64,000 nt of DNA from Lytechinus pictus (lineage: Eukaryota): NCBI RefSeq assembly GCF_037042905.1, contig NC_087246.1, positions 9,116,001 through 9,180,000 on the forward strand. The letters run 5' to 3'. Below, one piece after another: positions 13,601 to 27,700 of this stretch. A program made the translations under genes and the position numbers. How positions within the stretch are numbered: the first letter of the stretch is position 1; each line of letters starts with the position of its first letter. The notes beneath the pieces are model-generated. The model made no database searches. It was not told the DNA's origin and saw only the letters and a list, made by a program, of their open reading frames with translations.

Positions 13601-16600
13601 TCAATGAATAAATGAATAGTTGTCCTCAAGTATTGAATGATATTTCACATCTATTTTCATGGTTTCCACTTCAATGTTTATTGTTCATCATGTTGTAAGA
13701 AGTGTGGAAAGAGAGGTGAGAAAGATCAAGAATATTCCACCTGGAAGAGAAGCTTCAAAGATGCATCAGTTGTCAAAGATCCATGTATTTCTTATTTTGA
13801 GGTCTAATTTTACCAACTTATCACATACAGGTTCTACCATTTGGAATAAATCATGACAATGAAAACATTGATCAGGAATGTAATCATTTCCCAAAAGATA
13901 AAAAAAAATGTGTAGTGTTTTACTCTTCAGTTAAATCAATTTGCCTGATAATATACACCAAATAACAAGCAGGAAAGGTCAGAGTTGAGGAACATGGACC
14001 ACTCTTATAGAAAAAGTGTGCATACATAATTGGTTCTTATTTCAAATAAAAGAATGATTCTACAAAAGAGTTGAAAATTGTCATGAGACTGTAAAAATGA
14101 TAAAAATCACATCAATTTAAATTCATGTACAACATGAAATAAAGAAGTAAGTATGTTTATCATTTACAATATCGAATGTGTGATTAGTCTCACATTTCTA
14201 TAAAAAAAAGTTTGTATTGTATAGAAAGGGAATAAAAACTAATGAAATAAGTTATTTCACATGGCAAGGATGAGCTGAGAAGTAAAACTTATCTTACATA
14301 TTAAGAGTTGAAACCAGCCAGCTGGTGCAAAGTGCACTCATACAACATAGGTGCTTTAAGATCACCTGACATAAAGACATAATAATTCGGTATGGCTTTT
14401 GCTGTTTCATCTTTCTATTTTCATTTCACATTACGTCTTAAGAATGTTTTGTCAAAATAATGAATTGGTGTTTTGTTAATTTTATCAGTATGATAGTTGA
14501 GCCTATCTATCATTTTGATAAAATTAATAACAAGAACCAAAAATTTGGTTCCATGATATATGCTCCACTAAAAATTTCACACATTAATGGAATGACCAAC
14601 TTCAAGCCTGGATTAAACACTACCCTATCCTAAACCTAACATAAAACCCTATTGCAAGTCACCCTAACCATAAATCTTACTCTGAGACAAAATAAAGTCC
14701 AGGGGTAGTATTCTGAGATCCATTTTATCTCAGATAAAATGAAATATTTTATCTCCGTTAAAATCAGTGTGATAAAATACCCTTAAAATCTCTCCGAATT
14801 GGTATTCTGAGAACAATTTTATCTTCATTTTATCTCTGTAAGACACACCTACTTTTTAATAAATATCCAATTAGAAACGCGCTTTTATAGCTCTCTTGTG
14901 TCACTCAACCAATTGAAATCCATAGGTGTGGCAAAGGAGTGAGATTGCGTCAATTTATTGACTTCAAATACGCTTGCACTATACGCTTGCGCGTCTTTAT
15001 TGAGACTTCTTTTTAACAAAGAGGACAATACTCTCATCTTTTTTCGAAGTCTATATCGCATCTTTTCAAGCATCATTTCAAAGACAAAATTAGTCAAGAC
15101 AAGTCTTATGAAATACTTTCTGATTGTACAGGAATAACGTTAAGGTGGTATTCTCAATAAATATTTAATTTTTCTTCATTTTCATGTCAATATTTGGGGT
15201 TAATTCACCTAGAAATATTGGTGAAATCAATGTCGCGGAGATAAAATAGCCCCTCCCCTCTTTTAAGTTTTTTTTTTTTTTTTCTTCAAAGTAACTTGGG
15301 CGCAAGCACATCATCCGCGTTGCAATACCCAGATACGCGATGGGTATGTCTACGCAGCCACTGCTCTGTATTGCGTATCGTCATAGATACGCAAGATAGA
15401 AATTATTCGCAAGATAAAATTTCAAATTTTATCTGAGAGATAAAATGTCATCTCAGAATACCAATTTCATTTTAAGAGATAAAATAAAATATTTTAAAGA
15501 TAAAATGACCTCAGAATACCACCCCAGAGCAATTGTTGCCGGAGCAAAAGTCGCATCACCTAAAATTTTCCCCTGACCCTGTGTTTGAATTAATTTGAAT
15601 ACAATTTCAATGAGTTGAAGTCTCAAACCTGTATGACCCATTACAGAGCTTTGGATTATTGCATATTGGAAGATCCATCACATGGCAGCATTCACATAGA
15701 TGCAGAAAATGTTACTTTCCTTTCATATTATGACTGTGACAAATCCATTAAAAATTATATGTACATGGTTCCCTATATTTAGTTAGGAGACAGATGCCTT
15801 GTAACTATCAATAATAATTTAAAAAAACATGTTGCAGGAAATTTACTATGCAATAAGCTGCAGTTTACTGTTGGTGATTCAGAATGAAAGGGCAAAACAT
15901 TTACCAAATTTAAAAACCTGATAAAAAACAAGTGGAGCGCCTCTGGCAGTCTCACCTGCATCACGCGATTCAATATAGCAGCAGTGCTGACTTTGAAAAC
16001 TACTTTAAACTAATTATTCACAAAAAACACAATTCATATGATACAATACTATCATGTTCATTGACAATAAATGACATTTGACCTTGATCATGCGACCTAA
16101 GACTTGTCAGTAATACTTGATAACCCATATATCCACATTTTACAAACTATATCTATAAACTTTGTAATTTATGACAGCAATCTAATTATTACTTCCAAAA
16201 TGGCCCAAGTTCATTGACCTTAAATGACTTTTGACTTTGGTCATATGACCTGAAACTCGCGTGAGTTGTTCAGTGATACTTGATTACTATTATGTCCAAG
16301 TTTTATGAACTAGATCCATAGTCCATACACTTTCGGAGCTATGATGGTTATTCAACAATGCCCCCAAACATGGCCAAAGTTAATTGACCTTTGACCTTGG
16401 TCATCTGACTTGAAACTCACACAGGATGTTCAGTGATACTTGATTACTTTTATGTCCACATTTTATGAATCAGATCCATAAACTTTCAAAATTATGATGG
16501 TAATTCAACAAATACCCCCAACATGGCCAAAGTTCATTGACCTTCGTTATTTGACCTGAAACTCGCACAGGATGTATAGTTGTATACTTGATTACTCTTA

Positions 16601-19600
16601 TGTCCAAGTTTTATGAACTAGACCAATACACTTACAGAATTAAGATGGTAATTCAACAAATACCTCCAACATGGCCAAAGTTCATTGACTTTTAACCTTG
16701 GTCATGCGACCTGAAACTTGCACAGGATGTTCAATGATACTTGATTACTCTTATGTCCAGGTTTCATGATTCAGATCCATAAACTTTCGAAGTTATGATG
16801 GTAATTCAACAAATACCTCCAACTTGGCCAAAGTTCATTGACCCTAAATGACCTTTGACCTTTGTCATGTTAATTGAAACTCAGGCAGGATGTTCAGTAA
16901 TATTTGATTACCCTTATGGTCAATTTTCATGAACTAGGTCCATATATTTTCTAAGTTATGATGACATTTCAAAAACTTAACCTTAGGTTAAGATTTTGAT
17001 GTTGATTCCCCCAACATGGTCTAAGTTCATTGACCCTGAATGACCTTTGACCTTAGTCATGTGACCTGAAACTCAGGCAGGATGTTCAGTAATACTTGAT
17101 TAACCTTATGTACAAGTTTTATGAACTACCGGTAGGTCCATATACTTTTTAAGTTATGCTGTCATTTAAAAAACTTAAACTTCGGTTAAGATTTGGTGTT
17201 GACGCCGCCACTGCCGTCAGAAAAGCGGCGCCTATAGTCTCTCCCTGCTATGCAGGCGAGACGATAAAACTGGGTTGGATAAAGTGACTTTCACAATTGC
17301 TTGTGCGATCGTTTGTGATCACTTGGTCACAAAATATGTTGCAAAGAATCGCAATGGTTGTAAGCAGTCGCACCATCAATTGTCAAAGGGGCTTCAGGAA
17401 TACATCTAACAGATTTTGCTGTGGAATGTTAAAGGGCGCTGCTGATGAGAAAGAGGAGATTGCTTCAATGACATCTTGAATTTAGAATTCTAATGGATTA
17501 AAATACCTTCTGATAATTTTATCTTTTCTTTCATTGGTCTCAAAATTAGGTACATGTACTAGTAACTGGAAATATCAGTTGATTGCTGCATGGATCTTCG
17601 CACCCTCTAGAGAGATAAACTTTGATAAACGTGATCCTTGATAGTAATTTGGAATGCAGATCAGAAGATTTAAGTCCATATCCATGCTAAAATTTAACTG
17701 CCATGATGATTCTGTGCCCCCTTTATCAGAGCCATCATCAATGTAAAACGTCGCTCTTCTCTATCTCTCTCATCTAGACGCACCTTTTCTGACCTTTCCA
17801 TTTCTTCCCTCCTAAGTCTTTCAGCTCTTGCTGCTTCTTCTCTCCTAACGAGTTCCATCCTTTCCCTCTCCTCCCGCTCAAATTGTAATCTATCCCGCTC
17901 AAGCTGTATCTGGTCCCGCAGAAGTCTTATCTATTTAGGACACGGGTGAATAAGATATACAAAAGACTGAATTAAGCTCTTTTTGCCTCTGTACTTTCTT
18001 TCCTTAATTAGAGTCGACACAAATTTCTTTGGAATCATATACCATGAAATTATATAAATAGGTTTACTTTAAATTTACATAAGAATGATCTTTTAAGAAG
18101 ACTTAGTGATAACTTAGTGAGTAATGAATACTCACTCTGATATGAAACTACATCAGGGCACTTTCTTTGGCTCCCACATTTCCTTTTTTTTCTTTTATCT
18201 TTCATTCCTTACAAGAAAAACAAAGAAGCATAGACGAAAGCATTGTTTTTTAAATGCTTGAATAAACCTAAACTCGAGGGCAGAATCTTTCCTTTTTAAA
18301 CTTCCATTTTAACCCGTTTTATTCCCTTTCCTCATCTTAAATCCCTTCTTTTCCTCCCCTTTTTATTTTCCCTGTCCTTTTCCCTTCATAGTTTCCCTTT
18401 TCCCCTTTCTTTCTCTCTTTTACCCTCTTCCTTTCCCCTTTATTTATTTATTCATTCATCTATCTATTTATTATCTTATTTACTTATTAATATAATTTCA
18501 ATTATTGGCCCCCATGAGATCCATGCCTGCATTCCATCACTAATTTCGTTTTCTCATCTTGTGACCACCCACCCCCCCCCCCCCAACACACACACACACA
18601 TCCAACTGAGTCAATCAGAGCAACCTTAATTTCTCTAACCTGGGGGCTGTTTCATAAAGCTGTTCGTAAGTTAAGAGCGACTTTAACCCTATCTAGGCCG
18701 GGGTATTTTGGGAGTTCATATGGCCGGGGGGGGGGGGGGGGGGGGGCCTCCCAGAGAGATCTCCCTTGAGATCTCGGCCGTCGACCGCGCTGAAAATTGG
18801 CACCCGGGTTGGCTGGGACATAATCTACAAAATTGTACATTAATTTATTTCATGCGAATTGCTATTAAGTGATTATGCTAATTTATGCGTAATTAGTATG
18901 CGAAATCATACTTTTTCCTCTAACTCCCAAAATAAAGCTCCAAATGTTCTAATTTTTGGTACAGAAACTCTTTGTGGTGTTCTTAGCAAGTTTACATGAA
19001 CAAAATTGCGATATCAAATCATTTTCTTATGTATCATATTGTTTTTTGCAATTTCTTATGTATTTCTCTGTTTTTTTTACTTTTTGTTTTTCATTGTTTT
19101 TTCAATGAAATTTGTTGGGGACTCTTCTGAGATCATAAAAAGCATAAAATTAATACATTTAGACCAGCAAAACTAAAAATAATCATACATTCATGATTTT
19201 CGGTTGAAAACACAATTTGCATAATTGATTTGTACACGAAATCACGTTTTTGAGCAATTTTGGTCTTACATGCACTTACATAATGTTGCGTAATTTAGGA
19301 ACCACATACCCGGGTGACGCAAAATTGGTCTCAAAAGTTGCACAAGACTTGAAAGTAAAAAGTCAGCGAGCGGCGTGGTCAAAAAATTTCGCGCGGCGAA
19401 AATACTGCGTGAATCTTTGAGGCGGGGCCTCCCCCGGCCTAGATAGGGTTAAGAACGACTGGTGAACCTCTTTTACGCGATAAACCATTGCCAATGGTGT
19501 ATACCATTGTTCTTAAAGGGGAATCCAGCTTGGCCATAAAATGTTGTGTTGGGAAGGAGAAAAATAAATTAAACAGAATAGTGAAAATTTGAAAGAAATC

Positions 19601-22600
19601 GGACAAGCAATAAGAAAGTTATAGCTGCTTTAAAATTGGGATCACTAATAGTATGTAGATTTCAAATTGGCAACTGGGTAAGTAAATTATGACAAGGGGC
19701 AGGACAACTTTCCCATAAGCCATGTACTTTATTATCAGGGATTTGTGGTTTTCTCCTAAGTACCTATTTCCCTGGGGCAGTAATCTAAATACAACCCAGG
19801 TAGTATATTGTTTAATGTCCTCATGAAAGAAAAATGTAATTTGAAATAAAACTTTTCGGAAAAATGACATTTTAGCCATAATATGTAGTGGAGTACATGG
19901 AAGAGTAGTCCTTGCCTTACATCACTATGACATCCCATATGAGGCCAATTTGAAGTCTCCATGAGTATAGTGATTACCAATATTTACAACTTTTAAAAAT
20001 TCATAACTTTCTTGTTGTTTGTTCAATATTGTTCAAACCTTCACATATCAACTTGTCTGATTTATCTTTTTCTTATAAAAACTAGTTTTTATTTGGGTTG
20101 GATTCCCCTTTAAAGTCGCTCTTATCTTACGAACAGCTTTATGAAACACCCATCAGTTTCGTGAAAACTTCTTGTAAATAACAAATGATAAATTTTCATA
20201 ACAAAAATATCAACTGATCAATTTTTATAACAAAAATATCAACCAATCAGATTGAAAGATTTCAGCAGCTTATATCTGTCATCGCAAGTAAATAAGTTTA
20301 TGAAATGGGCTACAGCTAACCACGTTTCACTTTATGGTCTTTACATTGATTGTTCTATCAAACAATCAAATGAACAAGCGATCACTCAAAATGATTAACT
20401 GATTGAATCAATTAATCAATCTGAATGGCGAAACGATATTGAACAATCAATCTTTTCATTAGAAATAATTGAGAATCTTCCTCGTCAAATCTCTTCAAAG
20501 GCTAAATGCAACTGTGTGTCTACATTTGACATGGTCCTTGGAAGGCCTGTGAATATTATTCAGGATCAAAATTAATTGACTTGAATAAACCAAAGGTCTT
20601 CTAGTATTTGAATATCCATCCCACACTAACAGGTAATTTGTTATCGGGATATGTTAACTTTCATGGCAAACTTGTACTGTCTGTCTTTGTTTCATTTTTG
20701 TGTTAATACTTGTTTATAAAGGAATTAAATCTGTTTGGAGACTGATGAAATTTGCCAAAATAAGCACTTATTACCTCCTCGGTGTGTCTCTCTGCCTCCA
20801 TTCTTCGATGAGCATCTTCAGCCTCCATGAAAACTTTATCACGCTGCATATTATTCTCCATTAGTATCTTCACAAGCTCTTTCACTGTGTCATCCTTCTT
20901 CAGGCTCCCTGGGAAAAGGAATAAATGAGACAGTAAATTCATGTTTGTTCAACAGAGGTAATATTTACCCACACTAACAGTTTTCTCCCCAAAACCAACT
21001 AAAAAAAACCTGTCATTTTGCAGTTTTAGATTGAAGCTAGTTTTGGATAAAATTTGAGAGTAGGGTTAAGAGTACAATATGAATTTTAGAACTGGTAAAC
21101 ATTAAAACTGAAAAATTGTACACTTTTAATAGGTTAAAATTACATTTCTCATACTATTATTACTATTGTACTCCGAAAAAAATGTAAAAAAAAAGAAGAA
21201 AATTGGGGGTGTTTAAATTGAATGATACCCTTCTATTAGGCCAAAGCTGGGTTCATAGTATCCAGCGCTTAGAAACATTATATGAATGTCGCATCATCAT
21301 CATTATTATTATCATTATCAAGGCAGTGAGTCATAATAGCCTATTATCAAAGCGTGTAATGCATCTATTCTTAATCAATGTGTATTCATTATACTTCAAT
21401 TTTTACTTGTTTCATAAAAAATCAGGAAGTACATGCAAGGACTTATCATTGCCCAAACGCTCAGAGTACTTACTTCTGCTTTCTCTCTTTGAATTGTGGT
21501 GGTTATTACTCAAATCCGTACGACATCTGACTTTGGTCCTTGGTTCTCCTATTTCGTCTTCATCTGAAATCCATCCTACTTCAACCTCTTGGGAATCCAC
21601 AATTTCTGTTTCTTTAATAAAATGTTAGAATAATCCCCCCAAAATATAACTATGATAACTATGTAATAAATGAAACTTTTAGAAATGTGAATACCCCCAG
21701 GTACCTGATGGAATGTGGTAGGTAATTTTCAACGTTTTGCTATATACAAAAACATCATAATAATGCCTTGTGCAACAAATAAATATGAATATAACAAAAT
21801 GGAATCTGTCACTGAAGATATCACAGGAATTGAATCTTTTAAGGTTTTGGTCCCCCACCCAAAGTGTGAATATTTGGAAAATAATATAATTAAAAACTTT
21901 TCCTAAGAATAATTGAATACAAAAAATGGTTAGATTACTTTGGCTGCTATTCATATCAAATATCAATTGTCAAAATACAAGTAAAAACATGGAATCTAGA
22001 TGCTTTCATTAAGATACAGAATGAGAAAGAACACAAACCTTGGCTATCATCAGCATCAAAGTTGCCATTAGGTAATTGATGTAACTGATGATCAGATGTA
22101 TCTCTTTGATTTAAAAGTAGGGCTGCTCCATCTATATGTGATCCAATAATAAAAGGAAAGAAATTAATTAATATCACTGACATCAAAACATGAGAGCATG
22201 ATAAATCAAGTATACTGGTGGAGCTAATATTGTGTAAGGGGCATGGACAAAAGGGTCAAAATTTAATTTAATTGGAAGCAAAAAAATGGGGGGGGGGGCA
22301 CCAAACTAAAATCTTGATACAGTAGGGGTCTGATCCCCCTGACAAAATGTCATTAAATTTGTTCCATGTCAGAGCTCTAATTAATCCAACGCCTTGGATG
22401 CCATGTTGACTGGCCATGATGCCACTCTAATTAGCCTTGGAGATCTATTGTGCCTTTTTTATTTTCCAGATTTGTTCTGTAATTCAAAATGGCCTTGCCC
22501 CTGATCAGTGCTGTACATATAGGGGGGCACTTGCCCACCCCCCCCCCCCCCAAAAAAAAAAAAAAAAAAAAAAAAAATCTTGAACAAGGGAAAAAAGACA

Positions 22601-24747
22601 AAAAAAAGGCTTGAACCTGGAAAGATCAAATTTAATATCAAATTCAGGATGAAGATCATGGAAAACAACCTTGCAAAATTATACATTTAGCACTGATCTT
22701 TTTTTTGGATCTATAGGTAACAATTCCCAAATGTGGGGCTCACAAGAAGTAATCCCACATTATAAAGCTATTAATATTATAATAGTGGCAATTCTGAAGG
22801 AAAACTGCCATATCAGATATAATTAATTAGCCTTATTCCCACCCTATAAGGTAAAATGGAATAAGATAAATTGAGAGCAGTGGATTTGGCAATATTATGT
22901 CAGTAAGAAAATGAGGGATTTGATCAGGATTTTGAAAATATATAAAAATAATATATTATCGATGATGCATGGAAAGGAAAGTGTAAACAGTGAAATCAAA
23001 ATTAATAAAATGTTACCAAAGTATCATGCGAGCATCTACTGGTGGCAGCGGTGGGATAGCATGATAGTCATGATAGTGGGGTGTAGAATAGCATAGCAAT
23101 GAAAAGTAGAAAACTGTGAATGAAATAGAGGATCTCAACAAACTTCCTTAAAAATATAAACACTTGTTTGTATAAAACTATATGAGGCTGTAAAAACAAA
23201 CAATGCTGCATGTGTATCAGAAATGTTGAGTTAGGAACTAAGGCTAAGCCATATAACCATCTGGAGAAAAAAACTATTTAATGTATACCATTCATGCTAT
23301 TTGTCAAATTGGAGCTGCCCGTGTCAAACAAAACTGAGGATGAGCTTGGTAGAGCAGGTACTTGCTGATGATTGTCCTCTAATTTTATACGTTGCACTTG
23401 CAATCGACACCCTGTAACTTCTCCGCGCCCGACCACTGCCACTTGCGTATTTTGTTGTTGTGCCCCCGGAGAGTTCGAGCTGTCCCCATCATCATCATCA
23501 TGTCTACTCGCCTCGCCTGATATTTCGACGTCTACGAATTCACGCAATTCATTGAAGTATTGATAACTTTGCTTGCCCTGTCCCGTCCAACTTGATCTGT
23601 CCTCCGACCTCATTTTTGAAAACCTCCTGAAGTTCGTTGTCATTGTGCGAATTTTATTCTTAATCTGACCTGCATCCCGAAAGTATCCCGCTGCAACAAG
23701 GATCTTCGCGAGTCGCTGGTACACGGATTTTTGTCTGGAAGATGAATCGTTGACTTCTACAAGAGTTTGCGGCTGTCTCCAAAGCTTTATCAAAAGTCTA
23801 GTTTCTGCATCTCTCCAGTGAGCTCCAGAACTATTCAACGCATCTCCATGCATCCCTTTATGCGACATGATTATAATTTATGACAAAATTTAAGCAAAAA
23901 TTCAGGTGAAAATAAAGGTCGGTCGTCCATTCGTCTCGTAAAATTTCGTAGTAGAACCCCGGGACGGACAACAACACACAACATATACCAGCGCGCGCGC
24001 GCTAGCTCAAAAAAAAATATGGCTGTAATTTCGTGCACACTATACATTCCCGCGATATTTCTGCATGCATAATTTCACGTTCGGGCTCTTACTTCACTCT
24101 CGGGTTCGTCGTAAAATCAACGGAAGGGGGTGAGGGGAATGGGTCCAGGGGGAGGGGCTGAGGCCGAAGGGGCAGTACCCCCATCGGTGATCCATAAGTA
24201 AAGATAATGTGCCAAATAAGTTTGCAGGCCTAAAAATTTTATCCATAAATTACAATTAAGGTTATTGCTTTCAATATGTTTATTTTCTTTCAATATATTT
24301 TCTTTACATTTATCGTCAATGTGCATATGTGTTTTGTGTGCGTACGTGTTTGTGAGATCGTATGTCTTTTTGTAAAAAAAATAGTTTCGATTCTAGTTTA
24401 GTATCTTGAAATTATAAAAACCTTTTCCCATTTTTTGTATTCCATAATTTTGTTATATAACCATGTTATTATTGCACTTATAGTGGGAAAAAAAGAGAAT
24501 CCATAATCCGTTTCTGAAACAGTTGTGAAAAACACGTTGTGTTTTCACACACATCCACTCACCCACACACCCTCACACACTTTTTTTAAAATACTGTTTT
24601 TATTCTAATTTCATGAACAAATAGTTACAAAACATTTCAATTTAACATTTCAAATCACATATTATACTTTACATTTCATATTTTCACTTTTTTCACTAAC
24701 TTAGTATAATCATGTATCATATATATATCTTAAAAGAAAACAATGAA

Positions 24748-24797
<50 letters not shown>

Positions 24798-27700
24798 AAA
24801 AAAAATTGGAAATCTTACTTTGATCGGTAATCCCTCCTCGGTTTTAGTAAATATTAATGTGCAATTGATACCAATGAATAGATCATTTAATTCTCCTTAA
24901 AATGATACCCTGCATGATATGATTATGGTTCACATGGAGGTACAGTGCCTTGAAATGCAGGGCAAGGTCAATTCAAAAGTTGCAAAATGACACAATATTG
25001 AAAGTCACTTCTTTTTTTCCGAGGTGATGAGTGAGTTTCTGATCAGCGGTTTCTTAATTTGTTTTCATGCAATCATGGAATCAAACACACCTCTGCACAA
25101 GCAAACACATAACAAACAAACATGCATGGGTAATTCAAACCACGTCTCAATATCATCTCACAGAATCATCACTACATAAACCACAACAAAGCATCAAAAA
25201 TGAAGCAGGGGCTTGATTTGAATGGACTCAGACAGAAGTTCCTTTTTTACCCTTCATGGCTATTTCTGCTCGTTTTGCAGATTTTCAATTCAGACCTCAT
25301 CCAACACTTTTGAATCCTGCTCTTTTTGTGATGGCATGATCCTAACAAGCATGGTATCATTTTAGATTTCCAAACTTTTTTGAGGGGTTTATAATATATA
25401 CACACATGTGCACACACACACATATATATATCATATGAGGAAGTGAGTGCTTACTTCAGCAAATATTATTTTATTTTATCCCCAAAGTAGGGCCGATGTG
25501 TGTGGAAGACTGGGAGTCCTTTTTTTAAGAATGTCACTTTTTCAGCAAAGTTCGTTCTCTATTCCCAATCTTTATTTGCTCCCAGGAAAACAACTCCTCT
25601 ACAACTACCCAAGTGCGTACGACTGGAACATTCCTGAATCATTCAAGACGAAATTCTCTGACTTTGTGAAAGTGTCAAAGAAAGAATCCATCCAAAATCC
25701 ACCATGGAACAATACAGTTCTGCTGACTTCTCTCGATGGGCAATCATTTACCAGCTTTGCCAAAGCTACACAATTTAACCACGGTGCGTACATTTGAGAT
25801 TATCGATCGCATGACCATGATGACTTTATCAAGTTTGAGATGAAATTTGTACTATATCACAGTTACATGCATATCCTGTTTGGTATGCAAATGAGGAGAC
25901 TGATGATGCTGTCACCAATGCACTCACCATTTCTTTTGTATCTTTATATGAAATATTCTAATTTTCTCATTGTCATGTGAAACATATTCCTCCAGTGCAT
26001 GAACATATGGTATTCCCATTGTTTAACAGTTTATTGTTCAGTCAAGATGGTTCTTATTAAATAATCTGCAAAAAAAATGAAATTTTGTATAATTCAAACA
26101 ATAAAATACAAAAGAAATAGTGAGTGAGGAACATCATCGACTCTCTCATTTGCATGTCATTGAATTATGCATGTATATGAATAGTTAAAAAAAACGAAAC
26201 TTTAAAATGTCAGAACTTTCTTATTACGTCCGATTTGGATGTAATTTTCAGTGTTATGCTCGTTTATTTTTTTCTCTATTGATTCAGATAAACATTTAGC
26301 TGGGGTGGACCTGAACTTTCAATTGATGAATCTACCGACAATATTGAATGAATCACAAAGAAATTTATTAACAAAATAAAAAAAGGCAATATGTTAGGCC
26401 GACCACAGTGGTTATTGTATGAAAGTTGAGGGTTTAATTTTACTTTTAAACAAAAAAATATATATATTACCCCAATACATATACACAGTAAAAAATAATT
26501 ATACAACGCTGTTTACTATATAAACCTTACAGTAATTGTTTAAACAGTTTAAACACTGTGTTTAAATCTTAAGCAACAAAGTTTAATTTTCAATATCTAA
26601 TCTTTAATAAAGTAAACATGATTTCTTAAACGGTTAAACAAATACTGTACGGTTCATATAGTAAACAGCGTTGTATAAAATCTTAAACAGCGTTTTTACT
26701 GTGTACATATACAAATTTGCCTCTCTGAGTGTGTATATATAGACCGGCCAAGCAAGACAGAATTGAGCAAGTTTTAAATCAATGGTCTTTCACTCTTACA
26801 GATCTCTACTGGTATTTGGTGGCACCATCTCTCGAAGACGATCTCTACGTGGAGACATGGATGCACACAACTTCTATGTTACCATCCTTTTGCAATGGGA
26901 GCTATCATGTCGAGAATGTTCAGTTGTTGGGATTCCAGAACGTGCCGGAGTACAAAGAAACTGTAGATCATTCCAAGTGGGCCATTTCCAAGAACAAGAA
27001 ATGGGTGTGCATCGGAGATATCAATAGAACGGTAATGGAAGTGGATATTAAATTGCAGTCACACAAGAGGAGGCGAGACAGAGAGGGGGATCAGGAGGTG
27101 GCGGGTGACCGCACCCCTTCAGTGAGAAGATGAAGGAAAGGGGGTGTATGATTAATGTTCTGGGTCGTAAAACATTATACTGTATTCAAATGACAAAAAG
27201 AAGGAATAAAACTCTTATAATATCTTTCATTTAAGGATGTGTGCACCCCCATTAATTCCCTGTCAGACTACCCTGGCGCCGTCCCTGGGCCACACCAACG
27301 AAATCAACTTACAATATCATTTGAACTTATGTGCTATATAGCCTTTTTTTTGGTAAAATCAGCCAGTACGTGTTTACGATAAAAAAAACTATGATGTTGA
27401 AATCGAAAACATCATAATTATGCAAAGGTTTATATTTTATGGGAGAGCAGCAGCCCCCCCCCCCGGTTCATGTTTAATAAACACTAAAATCATCAAGCTT
27501 AAAGGTCAAGTCCACCTCAGAAGAATGTTGATATGAATCGATAGAGAAAAATCACACAAGCATAATTGTGAAAATATCATCAAAATCGGATGTAAAATAA
27601 GAAAGTTATTGGGTTTGGGTTATTTTTCACTAAATGGTTATATGCATTATTTAGTGATATGAAAATGAGATCTCGATGATGTCCCTCACTCACTATTTCT

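Larger units (their letters stand above)
18642..20151. mobile_element. GGGTGTTTCATAAAG-family MITE carrying two nested insertions
   Basis: Arms GGCTGTTTCATAAAGCTGTTCGTAAG and CTTACGAACAGCTTTATGAAACACC, each split at its internal TTAA. Confidence 0.75.

Noticed and set aside
3600..25500. Intact autonomous Harbinger element with TIRs
   Set aside because: I found no matching inverted termini or 3-bp TSD by eye around the gene pair, and the catalytic residues are substituted.
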